Source: an uncultured Gemmatimonadaceae bacterium (GTDB taxonomy: Bacteria > Gemmatimonadota > Gemmatimonadetes > Gemmatimonadales > Gemmatimonadaceae). From it: a stretch of 64,000 bases of DNA. The DNA lies in NCBI GenBank assembly GCA_963751275.1, contig CAVVTZ010000008.1, forward strand, positions 55,621 through 119,620, written 5' to 3'. The position numbers were made by a program, and so were the translations under genes. The notes under the pieces are model-generated. The model was given only the letters and a program-made list of their open reading frames with translations. It had not been told where the DNA came from and did no database searches. This document shows, one piece after another, positions 22,505 through 33,580 of this stretch; the first letter of the stretch is position 1; each line of letters opens with the position of its first letter.

Positions 22505-23476
22505 GTGCTCTCGGCGCGGTTCAGCCCGTGGCATGTCCCGCTCTTCGCCGCCAAGTACGCCTGGCATCACGTGCGCGGCACTCCGATGCTCGTGCACTTC
22601 GAGGTCACGATGCGCTGCAACGCGCGCTGCGATTTCTGCGACTACTGGAAGACCGATCCGTCCGCGCGCGAATCGGAGCTGAAGAGCTTCGCCGACGCCG
22701 CCCGCTTCTTCAATCCGCTGATGATCACTTTTACGGGCGGCGAACCGTTGCTGCGGCGCGACCTAGAGGACCTCGTCGCCACAGTCGCCGCTGCCGTTCG
22801 GTTGAAGTACCTCACGCTGATCACCCACGGCGGCTCGCTCTCGCTCGACCGCGCGCGCTCGCTCTGGGATGCCGGGGTCAACCAGTTCAACATCTCGCTC
22901 GACTTCCTCGACGCGCGTCATGATGCGGCCCGGGGCATCCCCGGCCTCGCGGCGCGGATCCTCGACGTCGTGCCGCGCATGCGCGGCGCCGGCATCGACG
23001 GCATCCGTTTCAACACCGTGATCAAGGACTCGAACCTCGATCAGCTGCTCCCGATCGTGCATCGCGCGGCCGCGCTCGGCGCCGGCGTGTCGTTCAGTGC
23101 GTACACCGGCTTCAAGAACGGGAACGAGTCGCACCGCCCGCGCGCGGCGCAGGCGGCCGAGGTGGATGACGTGATCGCGCAGCTGCTGGCGTACAAGCGG
23201 CGGCGCCGCGGCGTGATCGTGAACTCGGACCACTACCTCCGCGAGGTGGCGCGGTGGTTCAAGGGCGATGCGCAGGAGCCGTGCCGGTCGGGCATGCGCA
23301 CGATCCACATCGATCCCACGGGCCACGTGCGCCGCTGCCCCGATTACCCGCCCGATTTCCACTGGACGGCGTTCCACCGCTACGAGCCGATCGATTGCAA
23401 TGCGTGCTACTACGCGTGCCGCGGCGAGGCGCAGGCGCCGCTGACCCTGTCGCGCGTGCGCGACGTGATGGCCTGA
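22505..23476 (+). CDS. Radical SAM protein with C-terminal SPASM/twitch-like Cys cluster
   Basis: CNARCDFC, FTGGEPLLR, C-terminal C..G...G.V..C...CNACYYAC. Confidence 0.88.
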   Translation: MLSARFSPWHVPLFAAKYAWHHVRGTPMLVHFEVTMRCNARCDFCDYWKTDPSARESELKSFADAARFFNPLMITFTGGEPLLRRDLEDLVATVAAAVRLKYLTLITHGGSLSLDRARSLWDAGVNQFNISLDFLDARHDAARGIPGLAARILDVVPRMRGAGIDGIRFNTVIKDSNLDQLLPIVHRAAALGAGVSFSAYTGFKNGNESHRPRAAQAAEVDDVIAQLLAYKRRRRGVIVNSDHYLREVARWFKGDAQEPCRSGMRTIHIDPTGHVRRCPDYPPDFHWTAFHRYEPIDCNACYYACRGEAQAPLTLSRVRDVMA

Positions 23477-23478
23477 CG

Positions 23479-24750
23479 ATGAGCACCACGCTCTTCGTCA
23501 AGGCCTCGCAGGTGGTGACCTGCAACGGCCCGCCGCGCGCCCGCCGCGGCGCCGAGATGCGCGACGCGACGGTGCTCACCAATGCGGCCGTGGCGATCGA
23601 GCACGACACGATCGTGGCGGTGGGCGAGCTGGAGATGCTCGAGCGGGCATATCCCGACGCGGCCCGCATCGATTGCGCCGGCGGCGTGCTCACGCCGGGT
23701 CTCGTCGACTCGCATACGCACGCGATCTTCGGCCGCCCGCGCGCCGACGAGCAGGAGATGCGCGCCGCCGGATTGGGCTACATGGAGATCGCGGCGGGCG
23801 GCGGCGGGATCCACGCCTCGGTGCGCGACCTGCGCCAGCGCAGCGAGGATGAGCTCGTGTCCCTCGCGCGCACGCGCTTGATGCGGCTCGCATCGTACGG
23901 CACGACCACGGTCGAAGTGAAATCCGGATACGGCCTGACGGTGGACGATGAACTCAAGATGCTGCGCGCCATCGCGCGGCTCGCCGCGGAGCTGCCCATG
24001 CGCCTCGTCCCCACCTGGCTCGGCGCGCACGAGGTGCCGCTGGAGGCGCGCGGCAGCGACGCGTCGCGCGCCGCATACATCCGGCTGCTCACCGAAGAGA
24101 TGCTGCCGAAGGTGACCACCGCCAAGCTCGCGCAATTCGCGGATGTCTTCTGCGAGCCGGGCGTCTTCACCCTCGCCGAGTCGCGCACGATCCTCGCGGC
24201 GAGCCGGGCGCACGGACTCGAACTCAAGATCCATGCCGATGAGCTCAAGCCGTACGGCGGCGCCGAGCTGGCCGTCGAACTCGGCGCGGTCTCGGCGGAC
24301 CATCTCGCCGCGATCTCGCCGGCGGGGATCGCCGCGCTCGAGTACGCCGGCACCGTGGCCACGCTGCTGCCGGGCACGATGTTCTTCCTGGGGAAGGGGA
24401 CGCGCCCGCCGGCCCGGGCGCTCATCGACGGCGGGGCGGCCGTCGCCCTCGCCACCGATTTTAATCCGGGCACATCCCCCACCGTCAATTTCCCGTTGAT
24501 CCTCACGATCGGCGTCAGCGAGCTCAAGATGAGCGTCGCCGAAGCCCTCATCGCGGCCACCGTGAACGGGGCCGCGGCGCTCGCGCTGGCCGACCATGTC
24601 GGGCAGATCGCGCCCGGGTTCTCGGCCGACCTGGCGCTCTTCGAGATCGAGGATATCCGCGAGTTGCCGTACTGGTACGGTGACCGTCGTTGTAGGGGGA
24701 CATGGAGCCGCGGCAAGCCTTGTCACCCCTATGGCTTAAGCCTAAGTTAA
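23479..24750 (+). CDS. hutI: Imidazolonepropionase
   Basis: PGLVDSHTH, EVKSGYGL, DVFCE, HADEL, ATDFNPG. Confidence 0.96.
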   Translation: MSTTLFVKASQVVTCNGPPRARRGAEMRDATVLTNAAVAIEHDTIVAVGELEMLERAYPDAARIDCAGGVLTPGLVDSHTHAIFGRPRADEQEMRAAGLGYMEIAAGGGGIHASVRDLRQRSEDELVSLARTRLMRLASYGTTTVEVKSGYGLTVDDELKMLRAIARLAAELPMRLVPTWLGAHEVPLEARGSDASRAAYIRLLTEEMLPKVTTAKLAQFADVFCEPGVFTLAESRTILAASRAHGLELKIHADELKPYGGAELAVELGAVSADHLAAISPAGIAALEYAGTVATLLPGTMFFLGKGTRPPARALIDGGAAVALATDFNPGTSPTVNFPLILTIGVSELKMSVAEALIAATVNGAAALALADHVGQIAPGFSADLALFEIEDIRELPYWYGDRRCRGTWSRGKPCHPYGLSLS

Positions 24751-24813
24751 GTTTTCCTTCGCGTCCCTCGCGCGCAGGTGCCTCGTCTCGCCTATGGAGC
24801 ATACCAGGCGCTG

Positions 24814-27435
24814 ATGTCCAACGTCGCAAAGCTGAAGAAACGGGCGCTCGAATACGAGCAGAAGAAGCAGTTCGATAAGGCGCTCGACACCTACGCGCTC
24901 GTCCTCGCGGAACTCGACGATCACATCGACGAGGCCGATGTGGCGCTATATAACCGCGTCGGTGATCTGTTGCTCCGGAAGGGCGACGTCAGCGAGGCGG
25001 TGGACCACTACGAGAAGGCCGTCGACCTCTACATCGACGGCGGATTCCTCAACAACGCCATCGCGCTCTGCAACAAGATCCTGCGCAATGCGCCCGGGCG
25101 GAACACGGTCTATTACAAGCTCGGCAAGATCAGCGCGCAGAAGGGATTCATCAACGACGCGAAACAGAACTTCGTCGAGTACGCCGACCGCATGCAGCGG
25201 GCGGGGAATCTGGAGGAGGCGTTCCGCGCGCTGAAGGAACTCGCGGACCTGTGCCCGGGCCTCGATGACATCCGCCTGATGCTCGCGGATCAGCTCGTGA
25301 AGAAGGATCGCAAGTCCGAGGCGATCGAACAGCTGCAGACGCTGTACAACAAGTTCACCGCCGAGGGGCGCACGAAGGAAGCGCGCGCGACGGTGGACCG
25401 CATGAAGGCGATCGACGGATCGCTCGAGCCGACCGCCGGCGCGGCGCGCCCGACGCCGCGCGCGAACGACTTGATCTTCCTCGACGTCGACTATGACGCG
25501 AACGGCGCGGGGACGAAGGGCGCGCCGCCGCGGCGCCCCGCAGCGCCGGAGCCGCAGGTGACGGAGATCGTGCTCGATCCCGACCTGCCGCTCATCGACG
25601 GCGCGGCCGCGGCCGCCGCCGCCGACGCGATCGAGGGGCTCACTCACGGCGCGGACCTCGGCAGCGGCAAGGATGACGAGCACGACGTCATCGTCAGCAA
25701 TGTGGACTCCGGCCTGATCACGGGCTTCTTGGAGGCGGTGCATCCGGAAGTCGAGGACGCCGGGAAGGGATCGATCGAGGGAATCTCCGGCATCGAGCAC
25801 ACGGCGCACGCGGAGCCGGCGAGCGCCGAGGCGGATGTCGAACTGCCGATGCTCGATCTCCCCGACGAGCTGATGGGCGCGGAAGATGAGGAAGAGCCGC
25901 CCACGATCGAGCGCGCGACCAGCGGCCTCACGCTCATCATGCCGGACGACGACATCGTGCCGCCGCCCGCCAAGGCGCCGCCGAAGACGGAGAAGCCGAA
26001 GGCGCCCGAGCCGGCGAAGGTCGAAGCGCCCGCCGCCAAGAAGGAGCCGCCGCCGGCCGCCGCGAAGGCGGAGCCGCCGGCGCCGCCCAAGGCCGAGGCG
26101 CCCGCGCGCAAGTCAGAGCCCGTCACCGATCCGAAGAAGGGACGCCGCAGCACGCCGGCGATCCTGCCGGACCTCAAGGGCCTCGAGGAGGACGGCGTGT
26201 CGGTGATCGACGCCGTGTTCGCGCAGGGCATCGGCAACACCGTGGACGAACTGCGCGAGCGCGCGCTGCACGAGCCCGAGAACTGGAGCCTGCGCCGCGA
26301 GCTGGGGGAGGCGCTGCTCGAGAATGGCGAGCGGGCGGCCGGCCTCAAGGCGCTCGAGGAAGCGATGGCCGGGCTCGAGCGCGCGGGCGAGTTCGCCGGC
26401 GCCAGCAGCGTCGCCGAGGAGCTGCTGCGCGTCGACCCGAATTCGGTGCACTATCACCAGAAGCGCGTCGAATACGCGGTGCGGTCGAACGACCGGCCGC
26501 GACTCGTGGACGCGTACCTCGCGCTCGCGGAGTGTCTCTTCCGCAGCGGCCAACTCGACAAGTCGAAGGCGGTGTACGGCCGCGTGCTCGAGCTCGCGCC
26601 CGACGATGCGCGCGCCCAGTCCGCGATGCGTGAAGCGTTCGGCACGCGCGAGATGTCGAAGGCGATGATCCAGGAGGCGGCGGCCGCGGCGATCGCGAAG
26701 GACGCCGCGTCCAAGGCGCCGGTCGCGCCGCCGCTGGCGCCGCCGCCCGCGCCGCCCGTCGCGGCGAACGGCGCATCGGCCGCGCCACCCGCGCCCGCCG
26801 CGCCGCCCGCCCCGAAGCGCAAGTCGGAGCCGACGCCGGTGCCCGCGCGCGCGGCCGTGCCGCCGCCCGTCGAGGAGCCGCCCAAGCGTCCCGTCACGCC
26901 GCGCCGCGAGAGCTTCGTGAACCTCTCCGATTGGCTGCGTGACGACGAGCCGGAGAAGAACACCCGCATCGTCTCCGCGAACACGGAAACGCCCAGCGAG
27001 CAGGTGGGCTTCGCCGAGATGCTCACGATGTTCAAGCAGGGCGTCGCCGCGAACGTCGAGGACACCGACCACGAGAGCCACTACGATCTCGGCGTCGCGT
27101 ACAAGGAGATGGGGCTGCTCGACGAAGCGATCTCCGAGTTCCAGAAGGCGCTGCGCGGCACCGAGCAGCGCGTGCGCACGTACGAGGCGCTCGGCCAATG
27201 CTTCGTGGAGAAACGGCAGTACCAGATCGCGCTCACGATCCTCGCGCGCGCGCTGAGCGACAAGGACACGCCCGACGAGACGCTCGTCGGCGTGCTCTAT
27301 CTGCTCGGCTACGCGTCCGAGTCCCTCGGCCAGATGGACGAGGCGCTCAAGTACTACGAGCGCGTCTTCGCGCAGGACATCCAGTTCCGCGACATCGGCG
27401 AACGGCTCGCCGCCACCGAGCGCAAAGCCCGGTGA
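24814..27435 (+). CDS. Large TPR protein with acidic and Pro/Ala-rich linkers
   Basis: N-terminal, central and C-terminal TPR blocks (HYDLGVAYKEMGLLDEAISEFQKA). Confidence 0.85.
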   Translation: MSNVAKLKKRALEYEQKKQFDKALDTYALVLAELDDHIDEADVALYNRVGDLLLRKGDVSEAVDHYEKAVDLYIDGGFLNNAIALCNKILRNAPGRNTVYYKLGKISAQKGFINDAKQNFVEYADRMQRAGNLEEAFRALKELADLCPGLDDIRLMLADQLVKKDRKSEAIEQLQTLYNKFTAEGRTKEARATVDRMKAIDGSLEPTAGAARPTPRANDLIFLDVDYDANGAGTKGAPPRRPAAPEPQVTEIVLDPDLPLIDGAAAAAAADAIEGLTHGADLGSGKDDEHDVIVSNVDSGLITGFLEAVHPEVEDAGKGSIEGISGIEHTAHAEPASAEADVELPMLDLPDELMGAEDEEEPPTIERATSGLTLIMPDDDIVPPPAKAPPKTEKPKAPEPAKVEAPAAKKEPPPAAAKAEPPAPPKAEAPARKSEPVTDPKKGRRSTPAILPDLKGLEEDGVSVIDAVFAQGIGNTVDELRERALHEPENWSLRRELGEALLENGERAAGLKALEEAMAGLERAGEFAGASSVAEELLRVDPNSVHYHQKRVEYAVRSNDRPRLVDAYLALAECLFRSGQLDKSKAVYGRVLELAPDDARAQSAMREAFGTREMSKAMIQEAAAAAIAKDAASKAPVAPPLAPPPAPPVAANGASAAPPAPAAPPAPKRKSEPTPVPARAAVPPPVEEPPKRPVTPRRESFVNLSDWLRDDEPEKNTRIVSANTETPSEQVGFAEMLTMFKQGVAANVEDTDHESHYDLGVAYKEMGLLDEAISEFQKALRGTEQRVRTYEALGQCFVEKRQYQIALTILARALSDKDTPDETLVGVLYLLGYASESLGQMDEALKYYERVFAQDIQFRDIGERLAATERKAR

Positions 27436-28436
27436 CGTCCGCCCTCTCGCCCCGCTCGCCCCTCACGCCGGCCCTCAGCGACATCCAGGCGCCCGTCCGC
27501 GACCGGCTGGAGCTGGTGGCCGAGGAACTGCACCGGGTGGTCGCGGCCGAATTCCCGCTCATCGACGAGGTGAACGGGCATCTGCTCTTGATGAAGGGGA
27601 AGATGTTCCGCCCGACGCTCACGCTCCTCGCGAGCGCGGCCGCCGGCCGCCCCGAGCCGCGCGCGGTGACGCTGGCCGCCGTCGTCGAGCTCGTGCACCT
27701 CGCCACGCTCGTGCACGACGACTCGGTGGACCACTCGGCGCTGCGGCGCGGCATGCCCACGATCAATTCGCTCTTCAGTCACCAGGTGTCGGTGATCATG
27801 GGCGATTTCCTGTACTCGCGCGCCGTCGTGGAACTCGTGCGCAACGGGGATCTCGAGGTGCTCGGCGTGCTCGCGGACGCGACCAACGCGATGACCGTCG
27901 GCGAGATGCGCCAGCTGACGTCGCTCGACGCGCTCGGATTCTCGGAGGAGGATTACGAGGACCTCATCCGCGCGAAGACGGCCTCGCTCCTTTCCGCCGC
28001 GTGCGCGATCGGCGCGGTCGCCGGCGCGCGCGAGCACCGGGCCGCGCTCGCGCGCTATGGGGAGCAGCTCGGCATGGCGTTCCAGGTCGCGGATGATCTC
28101 CTCGACTACACGTCCGATGAGAGCGTGACGGGCAAGCCGTGCGGCCTCGATCTGCGCGAGCACAAGGTGACGCTGCCGCTCATCCACGCCCTGCGCGGAT
28201 TGGGCGGCGCGGCGCGCGATGAGGTCGATGCGCTGTTCGATACCGCCGAGCCGGACGACGCGCAGATCGCACGCGTGATCGAGATCGTGGCCGACCGCGG
28301 CGGGCTCGACTATGCGCGCGAGCGCGGGCTCGAGTACGCGCGCGCCGCGGAATCGGCGCTGGCCGAGCTGCCGGAGACGGCCGCCGCGGCCTCGCTGCGC
28401 GATGCGATCGCGTACGCCCTGGACCGCACGCAGTGA
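27432..28436 (+). CDS. Polyprenyl diphosphate synthase (IspB-like)
   Basis: GKMFRP, LVHDDSVD..LRRG, KTA.L, FQVADDLLD. Confidence 0.93.
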   Translation: MTSALSPRSPLTPALSDIQAPVRDRLELVAEELHRVVAAEFPLIDEVNGHLLLMKGKMFRPTLTLLASAAAGRPEPRAVTLAAVVELVHLATLVHDDSVDHSALRRGMPTINSLFSHQVSVIMGDFLYSRAVVELVRNGDLEVLGVLADATNAMTVGEMRQLTSLDALGFSEEDYEDLIRAKTASLLSAACAIGAVAGAREHRAALARYGEQLGMAFQVADDLLDYTSDESVTGKPCGLDLREHKVTLPLIHALRGLGGAARDEVDALFDTAEPDDAQIARVIEIVADRGGLDYARERGLEYARAAESALAELPETAAAASLRDAIAYALDRTQ

Positions 28437-28720
28437 TCGCTCCGACGCGCGGCATCGCCCGCCACCGGCCGATGTTCTACGGGTGGGTGCTGACCATCGG
28501 ATTCGTCGTCGGGTGGCTGCTCCAGGAGCTCGGCCGCCGCTTTCTGCCGGTCGGCGCCGTCAAGGAATTCCTGACCGCGGGGGTGACGGCGCAGCTCGGT
28601 GCCATTACTCTTAATCTGGGCATCATCACGTTCGGCCTCGGCCCGCTCGCGATCGACGTGTCCCTGCTCAGCGTCGTCGGCGTGATCGTCGCCTACCTGA
28701 TCGCCCGGTCTCTCTTCTGA
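28433..28720 (+). CDS. Small membrane protein
   Basis: 95 aa with hydrophobic segments, coupled to upstream stop. Confidence 0.7.
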   Translation: MIAPTRGIARHRPMFYGWVLTIGFVVGWLLQELGRRFLPVGAVKEFLTAGVTAQLGAITLNLGIITFGLGPLAIDVSLLSVVGVIVAYLIARSLF

Positions 28721-28730
28721 GGATGCTTTC

Positions 28731-28985
28731 ATGTTCAGCAATCTAGGCTTCAGCGAGATCCTGCTCATTCTGCTGGTGATCCTGCTGCTCTTCGGCGCCA
28801 AGCGGATCCCGGAGATCGCGGGCTCCTTCGGCAAGGGGATCCGCGAGTTCAAGAAGAACATGAATGACATCGGGAACACCGATCTGACGTCGCCGCCCGA
28901 GCGCGACCGTCTGCGTGCGACCGATCAGACCACGAGTGCGAACGCGTCCGAAGAGGCGCGGGCCGAGCCGAAGCGCCTGGTCTAG
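28731..28985 (+). CDS. tatA: Twin-arginine translocase TatA/E subunit
   Basis: LG..EILLILLVILLLFGAKRIPE....GKGIREFKK. Confidence 0.95.
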   Translation: MFSNLGFSEILLILLVILLLFGAKRIPEIAGSFGKGIREFKKNMNDIGNTDLTSPPERDRLRATDQTTSANASEEARAEPKRLV

Positions 28986-29001
28986 TCGCACCCCGGATGC
29001 A

Positions 29002-29039
29002 GAACGCCCCCCGGCGGCCAAGGCCGCCGGGGGGCGTTC
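29002..29039. terminator. Perfect GC-rich hairpin between convergent tatA and ppiD
   Basis: GAACGCCCCCCGGCGGCC-AA-GGCCGCCGGGGGGCGTTC. Confidence 0.75.
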
Positions 29040-29056
29040 CACATCGGGGCCATCGA

Positions 29057-30880
29057 TCAGCTCGTCGGCTGGCGCTGCGCCGCCTGGATCTCCTTCCGCT
29101 TGTCGGTGATGCTCGCATTCATGCGCAGGTTCTGCACGTACTGCTGCACCGCCTGCTCGCGGATCCGCTGCTGCACCTGCAGCCGCTGCTGGACCTTGTC
29201 CTTCTCGAACGCCGCGCTGTCCGCCAGGTGGCGCGCGTCCACGCGCTCGACGATCACGGCGGTGGTGGACTTCACCGGCTCGCCGACCACGTTGAGCGGC
29301 AGGCCGAAGGCCGCGCCGATCGCCGCGTTGCCCATGCCGAGCCCCACCACCTGGCTCGAGCGCGAGAAGAACGGGCTCACGATCGCCGCGTAACCCGCGG
29401 GGATGGCGGCCTGCTCGAGCGTCGAGCCCTTGCTCGCGGCGGCGATCTGCTGCGCCTTGGGCATGAGGAGGTCGAGTTTCTTCTCCCGCGCGAGCAGCGC
29501 GTGGATATCCGGCTTCAGCGCGGCGAGGGTGGGCGCGCCGCCCACGGTGAGCGAGTCGAGCCGCACGAGATAGTACGCGTCGTCGGCATCGATGAGTTCG
29601 CCGATCTCGCCCGGCTTGGGGCCCGAGAACGCCCAGGCGGACGCGCCCGGCACGGCGATCCCGTCGAACGACGCGGCCACGCCTTCCTGCACTTTGATCG
29701 CGCGGGTCGCGAGTCCGAGCGCCTTGGCCGCGCTGTCGAACACGGACGGATTCGTTGCGCCGCCTGCCTTCGCGAGCTGGTCGGCGCGACGGTCGGTGGC
29801 CGAGGCCGCCGAATCGCCCTGCTGGATGCGGAAGAGGATGTGCGCCGCCGTGGCCGAGTCGCCCTGTTTCGACTCGAGCTTGATGATGTGGAAGCCGAAG
29901 GGCGTGAGCACCGGCCCCGAGATCTCACCCACTTTGAGGGCGAACGCCGCGTCGGTGAACGGCTTCACCATCGTATTCCGGCCGAACTTGCCCAGCTCAC
30001 CGCCCTGCGCCGCGCTCCCGGTGTCGGCGGACTCACGCTTCGCGACATCCGCGAACTTCGCGCCCTTGAGGATCTCGGCGCGCGCGGCCAGTGCGCGGTT
30101 GCGCGCGGCGGCGGTGTCGGCCGCGGTGACGAGCCGGGGCAGGCGCGCCACGGAGATCACGGCGTGACCCGGCACATCGGTCAGCTCCTTCTTGTGCTTC
30201 TCGAAGTACGCGGCGATCTCGGCGTCGGATACCTTCACCGCGCTGTCGGGAATGACCGCCGCCGGCAGCGAGACGTACGTGACCTTGGCGGAGTCGCGCG
30301 AATCGCGATAGAGACGCCAGAGCTGGTCGTCGGTGACATAGACGCTCGTGGCGAGCTGCTCGAACAGCTTCGACTTCAGCAGCCCCTGGCGATAGTAGTC
30401 ATCGAGCATCGCGAGGAGACCTTCCTGCCTCGCCGCGGGACTCGAGAGATACCGCTGATACTTGTCGCGGTCGAACTGGCCGTCCGTCTGGAACTCGGCG
30501 TTCCGGGCCAGCGGCGGATACGGCTGCTCGATCGCGGCCTGGGCGATCTCCGCGTCCGTGACCGAGATCCCCCGCCGCGCGTACTCCTGCTGCAGGAGCA
30601 CGTCATTGACCATCTCGTTGTAGACCCGGTCCTCGATCATGCGGCGCTCATCCGCATTGATCGTATGGCCATTCTGCTCCTCGGTCTGCTCCCGTTGAGC
30701 GATGGCGCGCTGGTACTGGTCGTACGTGATCGCGGTGCCGTTGACCTTCGCGACCGTCGTGCCGGCCGTCACCAGCCGGTCGCTGAGCCCGGATTGCTGG
30801 ACGAAGACGAAGCCGATGAGGAACGTTGCGGCGACGAACCACCAGATATACTTGGCGGAAGCTCGCATCCCTTGCAGCAT
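29057..30880 (-). CDS. ppiD: PpiD/SurA-family peptidyl-prolyl isomerase/chaperone
   Basis: N-terminal TM anchor, VAKVNG.I SurA N-domain, parvulin motifs ([16 protein letters not shown]). Confidence 0.85.
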   Translation of the reverse strand: MLQGMRASAKYIWWFVAATFLIGFVFVQQSGLSDRLVTAGTTVAKVNGTAITYDQYQRAIAQREQTEEQNGHTINADERRMIEDRVYNEMVNDVLLQQEYARRGISVTDAEIAQAAIEQPYPPLARNAEFQTDGQFDRDKYQRYLSSPAARQEGLLAMLDDYYRQGLLKSKLFEQLATSVYVTDDQLWRLYRDSRDSAKVTYVSLPAAVIPDSAVKVSDAEIAAYFEKHKKELTDVPGHAVISVARLPRLVTAADTAAARNRALAARAEILKGAKFADVAKRESADTGSAAQGGELGKFGRNTMVKPFTDAAFALKVGEISGPVLTPFGFHIIKLESKQGDSATAAHILFRIQQGDSAASATDRRADQLAKAGGATNPSVFDSAAKALGLATRAIKVQEGVAASFDGIAVPGASAWAFSGPKPGEIGELIDADDAYYLVRLDSLTVGGAPTLAALKPDIHALLAREKKLDLLMPKAQQIAAASKGSTLEQAAIPAGYAAIVSPFFSRSSQVVGLGMGNAAIGAAFGLPLNVVGEPVKSTTAVIVERVDARHLADSAAFEKDKVQQRLQVQQRIREQAVQQYVQNLRMNASITDKRKEIQAAQRQPTS

Positions 30881-30940
30881 GGGGCGTGACTCCTGACGGA
30901 TCGGAAGGGTAGGGTGAAGCGCGATTTGCGCGAGCCGGAA

Positions 30941-31019
30941 AATCTAGCCGCCCGGGACGCGTAAAATCAAGACAGCGTATGACTTCCGATTGACTTGAAT
31001 CGTCAGATACATGTAATTT
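30941..31019. promoter_or_regulatory. Candidate divergent sigma70-type promoters
   Basis: Minus: TTGATT-N18-TAGATT (30970-30941); plus: TTGACT-N18-TAATTT (30990-31019). Confidence 0.5.
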
Positions 31020-31067
31020 CCCGACTCTCTCCTGCCACCCTTCCCGGTGGCAACCCTGAGGGCTTGC

Positions 31068-33142
31068 ATGGCCGAGTCCGCTCTGATCGAAGATCTCATC
31101 AAGCAGTACGGCGAGAACCCGCGGCGCGTGTTCGCGCGGCTGGCCAACGAGTATCGCAAACAGGGGGACCTCGACTCGGCGATCCAGATCTGCCGCGCCC
31201 AGGTGCCCCTTCAGCCGACGTACATCAGCGGCTATATCGTGCTCGGCCAGGCCCTGTTCGAGAGCGGCCAACTCGACGAGGCGCGGGCGACGTTCGAGGC
31301 CGCGATCGGTCTCGATCCGGAGAATCTGATCGCGCTGCGCCAGTTGGGTGATATCGCGCGGCTGGCCGGTGATCTAGAAGGGGCGCGCGGATGGTACTAC
31401 CGCCTTCTCGAGGTCGATCCGCAGAATGACGAGGTGGCCGCGCACGTGCGCGCGCTGGAGGTGGCTCCCCCAGCGGCGGCGGCTGATGCCGCCTCGTCGG
31501 AGCCCGTGTCGTGGAGCGACATCAATCCGGAGCGGCCCGTCGCGCCCGCCGCTCCGCTGCCGCCGCTCCCGCGGCTCACCCTCGGGATGATCCCCGAGGA
31601 TCTCTCGCAGGAGCCGCCGCGTCCGGTGATGGCGCCCGAGCCGATCGAATTGGAGACGACTGCGGCGTTCATGCCGCCGGCGCCGCCGGCGCCGCCCGCG
31701 CAGCCCGCGCAGCCCGCGCAGCCCGCCTTCGACCCGCCGCCTCCTGCGCCGACCGCAGCCGCTCCCGCGCCGCCCGCACCGCCTGCGCTCGAGATCACCG
31801 GCCTCGAAGAGTTCGCGCAGTTCTCGGCGCCGATCGCGCCGCCGCCGCCGGCGCCGCCGTCGCTGCCGGACATCGCGGCCTTCGCGCCCACGCAGCCGGA
31901 TCTGCCGCCGCTCGAGGCGATGACGGGTGAATTCAAGGCGGCTTCCGTGACAAGCCACTCGGCGCCGCCGCAGGCCGGCGCTGCGGAGGAAGAGGAGCCG
32001 CCGTTGTACACGCCGCCGTCGAACGCGCCGGTGATGCGCGAGATGCCGGAGGAGATCCCGTCGCTGCGCGATACGATGAGCTTCCGGACGCCGCACAGCA
32101 TCCCGGCGCAGCCGCGCGTCGCGCCGGCGCCGGTGACGCCGCCGGTGACGCCGCCGGTGACGCCGCCGCCCGCCCCGCCGCAGCCCGTCGCGGATAAGCG
32201 TGCGACGGTCGACAATTGGGGATCGGTGACCGATCTCTCCGCCGTCGCTGCCGCACAGTCGCAGGAGGAGGCCTACGATCCGACCGTCGGCCGCATGCTC
32301 GATCTGTCGGTGAATTCCGGCAATGAGATCCCCGCGGCGTTCATGACGGAGACGATGGCCGAGCTGTACCTGCAGCAGGGCTACCACGACGAGGCGCTGC
32401 GGATCTACCGGCAGCTGGCGCAGATGCGCCCCGAGGATCCGTCGCTGAAGGAGCGCATCGCGCGGCTCGAGAAGGGCGCTCGCTCGAGCGTGTCGGTCGC
32501 GGCCTCGATCTCGGAAGACGTGATCTCGGCCGCGCGCGACCGCGCTTCGCGTCCGGCGCAGTCCATCCGCTCCTTCTTCGGCGGACTCGCCGCACGCAAA
32601 GCTCCCGGCGCCACTCCGTCCGCGGCTGCGCCGGCTGTCGCCGCCGCGCCGGTTGCCGTGCCCGTCGCGCCGCCGCCGATGCCCGCGCCGCCAATGGCTG
32701 CGCCGCCGGTCGTAGCTCCGCCGTTGCCGACGGCCGACAGCCGACCGCCGATGCCCGACATGGGTACCCCCGAGTCCCTCTCCGCGCTCTTCGACGATCG
32801 CTCCGCCGCCGCCGATGACAGCGCCGCCGCGGCACTGGCGGGCGCCTTCAACGAGGACTACGCGACGAGCATCACCACGCCGTCGTCCGGCCAGCCGTCG
32901 CGCGCGCGCGTCGCAGCCGCTCTCGCTGGATGATGTGTTCCGCGGGCAGAAGGCGACGGTCGAGCAGAAGCGCGCAGGGCGACAACGTGTCGTTCGACGA
33001 GTTCTTCTCGCCCCGCGACAGCGGGAACGTGCCCGCGATCCGCAACGGCGGAGCCGATCGCGAGGGCGAGCAGGCGGGCGGACGCCCGCAGGAAGCGGAC
33101 CTCGCGCTCTTCCACGATTGGCTGGACGGGCTGAAGAAGTAG
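31068..33142 (+). CDS. TPR protein with long Pro/Ala-rich linker; frameshifts near 32900-32975
   Basis: N-terminal TPRs (FARLANEYRKQG), TETMAELYLQQG repeat, tail F.DWLDGLKK in another frame. Confidence 0.8.
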
Positions 33143-33580
33143 TGCGGATCGCCGTCCTGAACGGACCCAACCTCAATCTGCTCGGCGTGCGCGAGCCCGA
33201 GATCTACGGGCGCGAGACGCTGGCGGATGTCGAGGCGCGCCTCCGCGCGCTGGCCGGGGAGCTGGGCGTCGAGGTGGAGTTCGCACAGCGGAACGGGGAG
33301 GGGGAGCTCGTGGACCTCATCCAGCAGATGCGCGGCCGCGTGGATGGCGCGCTCATCAACGCGGGCGCGTACAGTCACACCAGTCTTGCGATCCGCGACG
33401 CCTTCAAGAGCGTGAGCGTGCCCTACGTCGAGGTGCACATTCGAACACTTCGCGCGCGAGCCGGAGCGCCGCCGCACGGTGCTCGCGGGCGGCGCGGTCG
33501 CGCTGCTGAGCGGCTTCGGCACGCAGGGATACGACCTCGCGCTTCGCGGGCTCGTCGCGACACTGGGCCGCCGTGGCTGA
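33142..33580 (+). CDS. aroQ: Type II 3-dehydroquinate dehydratase; frameshift near 33445
   Basis: LNGPNLNLLGVREPEIYG, INAGAYSHTS.A.RDA, EVHI. Confidence 0.92.

Noticed and set aside
31690..32170. 9-nt and 12-nt tandem repeats
   Set aside because: In-frame (AQP)n and (PPVT)n coding repeats in a low-complexity linker
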